DNA from: Candidatus Thorarchaeota archaeon
GTDB taxonomy: Archaea > Asgardarchaeota > Thorarchaeia > Thorarchaeales > Thorarchaeaceae
Direction of reading: 5' to 3'
Length of the DNA stretch: 33,664 nt
Assembly (NCBI GenBank): GCA_016840795.1
Contig: JAEORS010000003.1
Coordinates: 1-33,664, forward strand
The notes beneath the pieces are model-generated. The model saw only the letters and a list, made by a program, of their open reading frames with translations. It made no database searches and was not told where the DNA came from. Numbering within the stretch: position 1 is the stretch's first letter; every line of letters begins with the position of its first letter. This document shows positions 25,860 to 33,664 of the stretch, in pieces. The position numbers and the translations under genes were made by a program.

Positions 25860-26138
25860 ATGCCTACCTACAAGGTGACAATCGAAGTAGAAGATATTTC
25901 TGGGAACGGAAAGTGCTCCATAGGACAGAAGGTCGGAGATAAGTATCGATATCCTGAGGAATTCGGGAAGATGTGCCCTTGGTCGCTCTACGTCCTGTAC
26001 CCGATGATTCTTGTCATGTTGTCTGGCGGATCCTTCGACGGGTTTGATGACGACGGCAGCAGTACAACTGTAGGCTGCACTGATTACAGACATCAAGTAG
26101 TGTACAGAATCAGGCGCGAAACAGTTGAGGACGAATAG
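25860..26138 (+). CDS. Small Cys-containing protein, TIGR04076-like
   Basis: GKCSIGQKVGD, MCPWS, LSGGSF, GCTD...VVYRIRR pattern; GGTGA RBS before ATG 25860. Confidence 0.75.
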   Translation: MPTYKVTIEVEDISGNGKCSIGQKVGDKYRYPEEFGKMCPWSLYVLYPMILVMLSGGSFDGFDDDGSSTTVGCTDYRHQVVYRIRRETVEDE

Positions 26139-26240
26139 ACCCTCGATTTCACGCACATTCGCGGCGAAGGCTTAAGTCGTGAAATGAGAATTCATGACTG
26201 AGAATACCCTTTCGGATCAGAATCTAGGAGGAAATGTGGT

Positions 26241-26492
26241 ATGTGGTGGATAATCGTACCACTTGTCATAGGCGCCCTAATCATAGCTGAAATCATAGAT
26301 CGAAGACAACAGTACTCCCCCGACAAGAACGTCATTCCAGCTCCGCGAGTAATCCATGGTGCTTGGGGTAACAACCTTCTTCCTCATGGCTACGAGTTCA
26401 TGTTTGATGATGAGCCATCTGATAGTGGAGCGAGGTTTGAAGCACTGGTAGATGAGATGACAGAGAGGGACTCTCATAGTGCCGATGCTTAG
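26241..26492 (+). CDS. Small hypothetical protein with N-terminal membrane anchor
   Basis: MWWIIVPLVIGALIIAEII hydrophobic segment; AGGAGG RBS; acidic C-terminus. Confidence 0.7.
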   Translation: MWWIIVPLVIGALIIAEIIDRRQQYSPDKNVIPAPRVIHGAWGNNLLPHGYEFMFDDEPSDSGARFEALVDEMTERDSHSADA

Positions 26493-26558
26493 ACTCCGCG
26501 GAACCTGAAGATAGAAGCCATTTCAGAAATCCTATAAGACACAGTTCTATTAACTATA

Positions 26559-27116
26559 GTGAATATGGGAGTCGATGCATTGCAACGTTCAACAGCTATG
26601 GCTGCCGTCGTTCTCGCCATTGTGGCCTTTGGTCTGGGCTTTATGATATCAGGCCTCAGTCCCTATGGTGACATGGCTCCGGATAGAAACCTTCTGGAGC
26701 TTGAGATTGAGGCGCCCAATTGGAGCATGATATTGGCGAACGAATCTAGTCTGACACTCCACCAACTAATGGGGCGAGTTGTACTCATTGACCTCATGGA
26801 CACATCGTGTTCTACATGCATAACTCAAGAATCGCATTTGCTCAACATATACGAGATATTTCAGGATGATCTCTGGATTGTATCTCTTACTGTGGATTTA
26901 CTGGACACTCCACAAGCGATAGCCAATCACATGACTAGTAGAGGCCTGCCTTGGCTGCATGGTGTAGACTCTGGCGGTGAAATGGCACAGTATTTCAATC
27001 TTCGCTACCTTCCAACGTTGATAATAATTGATGCAGAGGGCTACGTCAGATGGATTCACATCGGTCTGTGGAGCACTGATGACTTGTCTTCCACACTCAT
27101 GACGATTATTGGTTGA
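26559..27116 (+). CDS. Membrane-anchored TlpA/ResA-like thiol-disulfide oxidoreductase
   Basis: N-terminal TM helix; GRVVLIDLMDTSCSTC (CxxC); LPTLIIIDAEG cis-Pro loop. Confidence 0.85.
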   Translation: MNMGVDALQRSTAMAAVVLAIVAFGLGFMISGLSPYGDMAPDRNLLELEIEAPNWSMILANESSLTLHQLMGRVVLIDLMDTSCSTCITQESHLLNIYEIFQDDLWIVSLTVDLLDTPQAIANHMTSRGLPWLHGVDSGGEMAQYFNLRYLPTLIIIDAEGYVRWIHIGLWSTDDLSSTLMTIIG

Positions 27117-27204
27117 ATCTAAGCGGAATCGGGCCGTGTGTTTGACATCAATTCGGCCAAAACCGACATAAAGAGCATGTGAGCTTACTTCCAAGCGTGA
27201 CATA

Positions 27205-28212
27205 ATGAGTGACTTCAGAGTACTCTTGGCGAGCGGTGCCGAACATCTTAGACAGCGGTTCGAAGAGCTTGGCTATCAGGTCTATTCCTCGGACACCAAC
27301 TTCGATGGAACGCACTTCTTTCCCAACTCCGACCTCTACGTGAGGATTGCACAGGTCAGAGAACTTGAGAATCAGAGAGTCGCGGTCATTCAGAGCTGTA
27401 CGGGCTCATCCCCTGCGGCGAAGGAGTTCTACTCAACGTCCGACCGCGTACAAGAGCTCATGCTATTGCTGGATATACTGAAACACCCAGTGGAAGTCAA
27501 GAAGCTCGGACACAAGGAGTACGAAACCAAGCCATTGAGTCCACCCAGTAGCATAGACGTCGTACTCACTCACCAGCCATTTTCACTTCAGGACAAGGCC
27601 TTCCGTACCGGAGAGGCAGTATCCAGCCGGTCGGTCATGAGAAGCATAGCAAGGTTATGTGACAGACTCTGGTTTGTGGAACCGCTGGCTGATGTAGATG
27701 TACCTTGGGTTGAAGAATTGGCTGATAAGGGAAAATACGAAGTCATCAGGATCACACAGGAGCTAATCGGGCATGCCGCAGCCATCTTCGGGTTTGATGA
27801 CTATGTACTCACTGCACCTGATGAGGGGGCTCAAAGAAGATTCAATGTCCCAGGGTTCAGTAAGCGAAGATCAGACTCCTTCACAATTGACATGCATGGG
27901 GAGCTCGATGTGGCTGGGAAGAACGTCATTGTTCTGGATGACCTGACAAAGACTGGCACCACTCTCATCAGGGCTGCCAATATGCTCAGAAAGCAGGGTG
28001 CCATTGACGTGGGTCTTGTGGTTCTGCACGTCACACCAATCCGCGACCAAGGGGAGAGGCTACTTGATGATCTAATATCCAGGAGTGGGGGCAAAATCGT
28101 CACTTCAAACACAGTCTATAGTGTTGCCTTCTGTGAGAAGCACCCTCGTCTATCGTATGACATAGTAGACAAGCTTGTGGAGCACCTTCAGCAGTTCGGA
28201 ACGGCAGAGTAG
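27205..28212 (+). CDS. Ribose-phosphate pyrophosphokinase-like protein with degenerate N-terminal catalytic motifs
   Basis: FPNSDLYVRI, QELMLLLD, APDEGA, KRR, VIVLDDLTKTGTTL (PRT loop), VTSNTV. Confidence 0.8.
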   Translation: MSDFRVLLASGAEHLRQRFEELGYQVYSSDTNFDGTHFFPNSDLYVRIAQVRELENQRVAVIQSCTGSSPAAKEFYSTSDRVQELMLLLDILKHPVEVKKLGHKEYETKPLSPPSSIDVVLTHQPFSLQDKAFRTGEAVSSRSVMRSIARLCDRLWFVEPLADVDVPWVEELADKGKYEVIRITQELIGHAAAIFGFDDYVLTAPDEGAQRRFNVPGFSKRRSDSFTIDMHGELDVAGKNVIVLDDLTKTGTTLIRAANMLRKQGAIDVGLVVLHVTPIRDQGERLLDDLISRSGGKIVTSNTVYSVAFCEKHPRLSYDIVDKLVEHLQQFGTAE

Positions 28213-28278
28213 GAGTGGTCCCACATTCCAAAAAGCCTATAAGAAACTCGGACAGTAGTTAACAATAGTGAATATACG

Positions 28279-28953
28279 ATGGAGGTCTCAGAACCATTCT
28301 GCTGCAAGATGCTGAGGAACAAAGACGTTATGGACTCCACTTCTAAGAAGATCGGACGCATTGGTGACTTCACATTTCTGTTTGATGGAGAGCTGACGTT
28401 CTCACATTTCATGATGACGGGATCCAGATGGGAAGAGCTCCTTGAGGCCCTCAAGCTCAGGCCTGACCATGATGCTGTGTTCAGCTCCACCATAATCAAG
28501 AAGGTAGATACTCATATTCATCTAAACACAACAGCAAACTCACTCATGACTGCTGAAGAGAGGGCCCAGGTTTCAGAGGATGAGATAAGATTCTCCGAAC
28601 TGGAAGCCCTTGATATCATTGACAAGGACAATGCCAAAGTTGGCCGAGCAATTGACGTGGATTTCGATGTTGACGGGCGGGTGTCAATCATAGTAGGAGG
28701 CGGCTTCATAGAAGAGAAGCTTGAAGCCATTGGTGTGAAGGAAGACGTCGACATAATTGTGCCAAGTGATGTGATAGCTTCCATAGAAGATACAATACGG
28801 CTATCTGTGTCAAAAGATGAGCTTGACACTACCCTTGATGGGGTACTGAGAGAACGGGCCATGGAAATCCGAAATGCAAGAGAGGCAGCTACAACCCATA
28901 ACAAACCCACACGGGAGCGCGTGTACGCCTTCTGGCCATATAGCTCGAAATGA
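28279..28953 (+). CDS. Tandem PRC-barrel domain protein
   Basis: Two internal repeats: LRNKDVMDSTSKKIGRIGDF... and LEALDIIDKDNAKVGRAIDVDFD..., ending IKKVDTHIHL and IASIEDTIRL. Confidence 0.8.
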   Translation: MEVSEPFCCKMLRNKDVMDSTSKKIGRIGDFTFLFDGELTFSHFMMTGSRWEELLEALKLRPDHDAVFSSTIIKKVDTHIHLNTTANSLMTAEERAQVSEDEIRFSELEALDIIDKDNAKVGRAIDVDFDVDGRVSIIVGGGFIEEKLEAIGVKEDVDIIVPSDVIASIEDTIRLSVSKDELDTTLDGVLRERAMEIRNAREAATTHNKPTRERVYAFWPYSSK

Positions 28954-29072
28954 TTGCAGGACTGCGAGAAGTTCCACATCTCCTTCCTTCAAGCTTTATC
29001 TGCGTTCTTCTCCTACAATGGTAGCTAATCGACCAAGTCCCGGCCTTGTCACAATTCCGGGAGAGGGAACCC

Positions 29073-29444
29073 ATGGACTTCGAATCAGAGTATAACATTG
29101 ATGGAACAATACAGTTCAACCCACAGGAGATTATCGACTTTCCTGAATTGATAGAAGGATGTACGAAGGAGTGGCAGAATCTGGCTCTCTGTCAAGTCAA
29201 CGACAGTGTGATTAGACTGGGTGTAATCAAAGGGGAGTTCCACTGGCACAAGCATGGTCGAGAGGACGAGTTCTTCTATGTGATTGACGGAAGACTCCTT
29301 ATCGACCTAGAGGGTCGGACAGTTCAGCTCGGGCCACGTCAGGGCTTTGTCGTGCCCAAGGGAGTGACACATCGGACAAGGGCACCAGAGAGAACGGTAA
29401 TCATGATGGTTGAAGGTAGTACCGTAACACCAACAGGTGACTAG
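29073..29444 (+). CDS. Cupin domain protein
   Basis: GEFHWHKHGREDEFFYVIDG and FVVPKGVTHRTRA cupin motifs. Start ATG 29073. Confidence 0.92.
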   Translation: MDFESEYNIDGTIQFNPQEIIDFPELIEGCTKEWQNLALCQVNDSVIRLGVIKGEFHWHKHGREDEFFYVIDGRLLIDLEGRTVQLGPRQGFVVPKGVTHRTRAPERTVIMMVEGSTVTPTGD

Positions 29445-29465
29445 GCTAACAGACGGCACCTTGAG

Positions 29466-30773
29466 CTAATAATCGAAGTATTCACTCAGGTCGATTTCTG
29501 GGAATTCAACACGCTCAAAGTTCTTGCCCTTGGCTACCGTTGGCTTTGTCGCATCAAAGCCAATCTTTGTAGTCAGCTTTGTGCCCGGCTCTGCGCTTGG
29601 ATCGAGAGAGCTCCCTGGCTCCCTATCCTTCACTAGCATCCCCAAGTGTCCCTGGAATCTGGTAGCCATTGCCCATTCGCGGCTCTGTTCGTCGTACAAG
29701 TCAATATCCTCATCATAGATCCATACATGCTTTGCACTTCGATGCCCCTCAAAAGCACCTTCGATTGCTCTCATTCCATCATCGTCACTCTTCTTCCTAA
29801 TCTTCACTACGACGTGCAACCAGCTTGTGCCCCCTGGAGTAATGTGTACATCGAGCACCTCTACCCCTCTTTCTGCAATCTTCCTGAACACGGTAGGTTC
29901 TCGTGGCATTCCCATCAGAATCTTGTGTTCCAACCTGCCTGGAAGAAGCGCCTGCCAGATGGCGTTCTTCCTGTGTGTGATCTTCCTGACCTCGAAGACA
30001 GGCTCCTGTCTTACTATGTCTGCGGTCTCGGTTGTGTCTACAAACGGGCCCTCATCGACCCTCTCCTCCCAGAATACTCTCCCCTCCAACACGAATTCGC
30101 AGTCCGCTGGTATCATCAGATCGACCGTCTTGGCCCTTGCTACGTTGATTGGCCCCAAGGCATTGGCAATCTCAAGTTCATCTACTCCAATCTCGACAGA
30201 AGTAGCAGCAGCAATCAGAACCTCCGGCGTGTTTCCAATACAGTAGGCGACATCTACCTCACCGTTTCGCTCCAGGAACTTATGGAAATGACGACCGCGT
30301 ACAACTCTGGTGACCATCCGGTCTTTGTCAATCTGCATTGCTCGATGAAAGTCGAGATTCTGTCCAAACTCCGGATCTGATGAAACAACCACACTTGAGG
30401 AGATATACGGCCCTCGTTCAATCCTGTTGTGAACCAGGATTGGCAGCTTATCCAGGTCCACTTTCTTTTCCACTATTTCTTGACAGGAAGCCCTCTTCGT
30501 TTTCTCTGGTGAGCTCCGATTCTCTATTGCATTTGCCAAGGTTGGAATGATGTCCTTGACCCCTATTCCGAAATACTCTGCAATCTGCTCTTTAGTGCAG
30601 AATAGGTTCCCCACGACCTTAGTATCACACTCCTTCACGTCTGTGAAGAACACTGGCTTCGGTTCCATGGCCTTCAATACACCAGCTATCTCAAGGTTCT
30701 TCGAGACGGCTTTTCGAATCGTTGTGAGCTTACCCTGTTCGTCTAATTTCCTCACGTAATCGTCAAGTATCAT
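29466..30773 (-). CDS. UbiD-family prFMN decarboxylase, probably anhydromevalonate phosphate decarboxylase
   Basis: VDLDKLP, GPYISS, NLDFHR, EFVLEG, EGPFVD, EHKILMGMPREP, GGTSWLH, WAMATRFQ, GSSLDPS, KIGFDATKP. Confidence 0.9.
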   Translation of the reverse strand: MILDDYVRKLDEQGKLTTIRKAVSKNLEIAGVLKAMEPKPVFFTDVKECDTKVVGNLFCTKEQIAEYFGIGVKDIIPTLANAIENRSSPEKTKRASCQEIVEKKVDLDKLPILVHNRIERGPYISSSVVVSSDPEFGQNLDFHRAMQIDKDRMVTRVVRGRHFHKFLERNGEVDVAYCIGNTPEVLIAAATSVEIGVDELEIANALGPINVARAKTVDLMIPADCEFVLEGRVFWEERVDEGPFVDTTETADIVRQEPVFEVRKITHRKNAIWQALLPGRLEHKILMGMPREPTVFRKIAERGVEVLDVHITPGGTSWLHVVVKIRKKSDDDGMRAIEGAFEGHRSAKHVWIYDEDIDLYDEQSREWAMATRFQGHLGMLVKDREPGSSLDPSAEPGTKLTTKIGFDATKPTVAKGKNFERVEFPEIDLSEYFDY

Positions 30774-30928
30774 AGAAAGCCTCTCCTAGAAACTGAACCC
30801 GCGCGCAAAGAGGGCGGGCCCTTGGTTAACTCTTCCGCCTGAATCGGGGAGCGTATCCAACAGCAGTGTTTCTCAACAGCGACTAGTTCAAATGAGAAGC
30901 AATCACCATAAGCCAAGATGTTTTCAAG

Positions 30929-31813
30929 ATGCAAGAAATCAGACCTCTCAGAGAATCAGATAGGGATGACATCCTAGAGATAGCTAAGCGCACTTGGGAA
31001 GGGCACGACTATCTTCCGTATTCCTTTGAAGCCTGGATAGAGGACAAGAACTCGCACACTGCGGCCATCGAACAGGATGGTCATGTAGTAGCGCTGGCAA
31101 ACCTCAGGGTCATTGAGAACGGCAAGACTGGATGGATGGAAGGTCTCAGAGTTCACCCAGACTATCGAGGAAAGGGCTTCGCAAAGAAACTCACAAATCA
31201 CGTTGTCCAGGCTGCGATTGACCTGCAGCTGAAGCGCATCCGATACACCACCGCCACCTTGAATATCGAATCACTCCATCTCGGAGAGAAAGTTGGGATG
31301 GAACGGAAGTTTGACCTTGCAGTGTCTTGGCACGCAGGTCCGGGGGAGATATCCTGGCGTTCATCGACAGAACCCATCAAGGAGGTAACTCCAGCTCAGC
31401 TTCACCCCAATCTGGTAGACTCTGGACTGTTACCTCACAACGTCATAGTATACGATTGGAAGGCTCTTGATGCTACACCTGAGGCTCTAGACAAGATTGG
31501 GCAGAATGCTCGTTTCTGGGTCCAAGTGCAGGGGGATGCCATCAAGTCCTTCTCTCTTGGCCTAGCACGGAATGCCTCTGAAGGGCCTCAGTGGGCCTTC
31601 ACGATATATGCAAGTAGTGAGTCCGGGTTCCTTGACCACGTTTCACATCACATAGCAATGGCATCGGATAACAAGTGCAAAAGCATGTTTGGAGCCTTTC
31701 AGAAGGAGTTCTCGGACATCTTCTATGGCCTCGATTGGGCAAAGCATGAGGAAGACGAAGGCGACGAAGAGGCCGAAGAATTCGCACTGACATTGCTCGA
31801 GCGAGTTCTCTAG
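30929..31813 (+). CDS. GNAT-family N-acetyltransferase
   Basis: WEGHDYLP, GWMEGLRVHPDYRGKGFAKKL acetyl-CoA motif A; second degenerate domain. Confidence 0.9.
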   Translation: MQEIRPLRESDRDDILEIAKRTWEGHDYLPYSFEAWIEDKNSHTAAIEQDGHVVALANLRVIENGKTGWMEGLRVHPDYRGKGFAKKLTNHVVQAAIDLQLKRIRYTTATLNIESLHLGEKVGMERKFDLAVSWHAGPGEISWRSSTEPIKEVTPAQLHPNLVDSGLLPHNVIVYDWKALDATPEALDKIGQNARFWVQVQGDAIKSFSLGLARNASEGPQWAFTIYASSESGFLDHVSHHIAMASDNKCKSMFGAFQKEFSDIFYGLDWAKHEEDEGDEEAEEFALTLLERVL

Positions 31814-31908
31814 TCACTCAGAGGCCCAAGTGATACAGGTAATGCCTCCGACTTACACAGCGCTGACTGTGGCAATGGTCGGACAGTGAGAGTCTGAAAT
31901 CCCGGCTC

Positions 31909-32421
31909 TTAGACGGCCCCGGTGACCGGTGCGGTTTCACTCCGAATTCTTGTTTCAGTTCTTGTAATGCGTTCTATTATTCTCTTGAGAGTCTTCAACA
32001 CCCCTTCAAGATTGCTATCGATCTCGCTGTGTGAAAGGATTCTCTCAACAGCCAATAGGGCCTCCTCTGCCTCATGAATCAGATCATACGCTGTAGGAGG
32101 ATACTCAACCTCGCGTTTCTCTCTCAACACGTATCGTATCAAATCAAGCAACTCTTCGGTCCCGTACACTCTCATGTCAATTGCCTTCTTGGGGCAGGCC
32201 GCGACACAGACTCCACAGCCTCTGCACCTCTCCTGACGTACATGTAGTACTCTGTCAATTATGATGGGTGCGTCCCAGGGACAGAGATCGGTACACAGTC
32301 CGCACAGAATGCAGCCATCGGCGCCTTCATTTCTGACTTCTATTATTGACAATAGAGCTACTTCGGTAGGGTCCAGCTCCTCATCCGTTTGGAGCTCACT
32401 ATCTTTCTTGTCTGCAATCAA
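31909..32421 (-). CDS. 2x[4Fe-4S] ferredoxin-domain protein with helical C-terminal tail
   Basis: CILCGLCTDLCP and CRGCGVCVAACP; strong GGAGG RBS before TTG 32421. Confidence 0.88.
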   Translation of the reverse strand: MIADKKDSELQTDEELDPTEVALLSIIEVRNEGADGCILCGLCTDLCPWDAPIIIDRVLHVRQERCRGCGVCVAACPKKAIDMRVYGTEELLDLIRYVLREKREVEYPPTAYDLIHEAEEALLAVERILSHSEIDSNLEGVLKTLKRIIERITRTETRIRSETAPVTGAV

Positions 32422-32432
32422 GTAAATCCCTC

Positions 32433-32633
32433 CTACCTCCTTCCTAACAACATCGGGCTGCATCCACGTCTCTTCAGCTCCCTCTCAATCCTCCGTATGT
32501 GCACAGAAGTCGCGACTTGTGTGTTCTTCAAGGAAACTAGCATCAACTTCAGGTCGCTTTCAGAGTGCTCTGAGATTCTTCTAGGAAGGACTACTTTGAA
32601 TGCGTGACTCCGCAACGTTGACACTTCGCTCAT
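32433..32633 (-). CDS. Small hypothetical protein (66 aa), apparently co-transcribed with the ferredoxin
   Basis: Stop codon embedded in the ferredoxin RBS (GGAGG-TAG-GAGG); basic helical HIRRIERELKRRGC. Confidence 0.55.
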   Translation of the reverse strand: MSEVSTLRSHAFKVVLPRRISEHSESDLKLMLVSLKNTQVATSVHIRRIERELKRRGCSPMLLGRR

Positions 32634-32850
32634 TCTACCATCTCATTGATCTGTGTTCATGTAGGCTTCACGAACGACCAAGTTGTTTGGCGAATCGCTG
32701 CTTCGCACCACAACAGACATTCGTGTCACAATTACTATTTGACGGGCACTCTATTATAATTTTGTGTCATCAAAATAACTTCCCAGTGTCAGAAGATTAC
32801 ATAATCAGTGGACCAAAATGTAAGCAAATCGTACAAGATATGCGCTTCTT

Positions 32851-32870
32851 ATGTGACTTGTATGTCACAT
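32851..32870. promoter_or_regulatory. 7-6-7 palindrome ATGTGAC-ttgtat-GTCACAT in divergent intergenic region
   Basis: Perfect 7-bp arms; related GTGAC/TGTCA half-sites recur between about 32720 and 32900. Confidence 0.5.
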
Positions 32871-32939
32871 GGGTAGGTTCGGTTGAGCTAAGAGTGACAC
32901 TTATGTACATCATGAAGCCACATCGAGGTAATAGAGTGA

Positions 32940-33664
32940 TTGTCTTTGGTTCATATACTAGATGATTCGCTTAACGTTGAGCTACTTCGACTCATATGCT
33001 CCGGCACAGGAGTTGAGATCAACATCAGCGAGCTCTCCGAGCGGCTACAGAAACACCGAAACACAACTGCATCAAGATTGGAGAAGCTGTTCTCCAAGAG
33101 GATTATTGATCGACCGTTTCACCCGCTTACCTTGTTGTTTGCAGAATATCCTCTTCTTGTTATTGAGAAGGCAAACCTTCCCCGCAACCGAAAGACGAAC
33201 TCATGGATTGAGAAGGACCCACACATCTGGGCGGCCTTCTTCGTCAAGGATGAAGAGTACAATACTCTGTTGATTGAACTGCATGAAAGCCTTCATGCCT
33301 ACCAGTTGTGGAGAGAGCATAATATCGACGGACAGTCGGTCGCACTGCCTCCGGGTCAGGAATATGTTTCCTCTGAGGCCGTCTATCTGAGCACCAAGGC
33401 AATCATCAAGAATGACTCCGCCGCTCCGATTGAAACAATGAGGGCAGACTTCGTGAACTTCCCGCAAATGAAGATCAATGGACTCGCAATGGATCAGACG
33501 TATCTCGACATCATGGAGGCTCTTCTATCAGGCGAGGGGGTCTGGACAAATCCGAACTCTCTGGCTCGGACGCTTGGTATCCACCGTATGACTGTTCAGA
33601 GAAGACTGGATCTTTTGATTCAGGAGAATATCATCTCAAAACCAGTGTCTCGTTTTCCACGGAT
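32940..33664 (+). CDS. Transcriptional regulator with internally duplicated winged-HTH (Lrp/AsnC-like) modules; runs off the window
   Basis: Not in the ORF track. Open frame from TTG 32940: ...VELLRLICSGTGVEINISELSERLQKHRNTTASRLEKLFSKRIIDRP... and ...LDIMEALLSGEGVWTNPNSLARTLGIHRMTVQRRLDLLIQENIISKP... Confidence 0.8.
   Translation, partial: MSLVHILDDSLNVELLRLICSGTGVEINISELSERLQKHRNTTASRLEKLFSKRIIDRPFHPLTLLFAEYPLLVIEKANLPRNRKTNSWIEKDPHIWAAFFVKDEEYNTLLIELHESLHAYQLWREHNIDGQSVALPPGQEYVSSEAVYLSTKAIIKNDSAAPIETMRADFVNFPQMKINGLAMDQTYLDIMEALLSGEGVWTNPNSLARTLGIHRMTVQRRLDLLIQENIISKPVSRFPR

Noticed and set aside
32851-32870. CRP/FNR site
   Set aside because: TGTGA and TCACA are separated by 8 nt rather than the 6 nt CRP requires, and the context is archaeal.
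32600-33273. Track ORFs 32600-32965 and 32962-33273
   Set aside because: The first spans an AT-rich promoter region; the second is an alternative frame of the wHTH regulator beginning at 32940.
1-33664. CRISPR array, rRNA, IS/transposase, integrase or viral hallmark genes
   Set aside because: No periodic repeats or matching motifs seen; nearly all space is accounted for by recognisable CDSs.

Overview
Gene-dense archaeal chromosomal window (about 50% GC by eye) with roughly 34 protein genes. It has no intact tRNA or rRNA gene, no CRISPR array and no recognisable transposase or integrase. Archaeal markers include proteasome beta, Taw1, Trm5, HTH-RibK, NadM, archaeal-type ProRS, NOG1, RtcA, IPK and a UbiD/AMPD-type decarboxylase. 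An Asgard (Thorarchaeia-like) origin is my inference from gene repertoire and style, not a measured result. The left end (1-3.8 kb) looks accessory. It holds a partial LLM oxidoreductase, an exact tRNA 3'-end remnant (likely att site), a small orphan gene and an HTH_10 regulator that share an 18-bp palindromic operator, a radical SAM gene and a methyltransferase. Next come a PerR/peroxiredoxin divergon with Fur-like boxes, endonuclease V, a farnesol/phytol-kinase + IPK operon, a GT4 and two convergent paralogous nucleotidyltransferases. A housekeeping block runs from 11 to 25 kb. The right-hand block has a Vps29-like phosphoesterase, a degenerate PRPP-synthetase-like protein, a tandem PRC-barrel protein, UbiD, GNAT, a ferredoxin and a double-wHTH regulator. 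The best candidates for undescribed biology are the two-kinase prenol salvage operon, the operator-linked HTH_10/small-protein module and the active/degenerate NTase pair. All family calls come from motif recognition by eye; no database searches were run.
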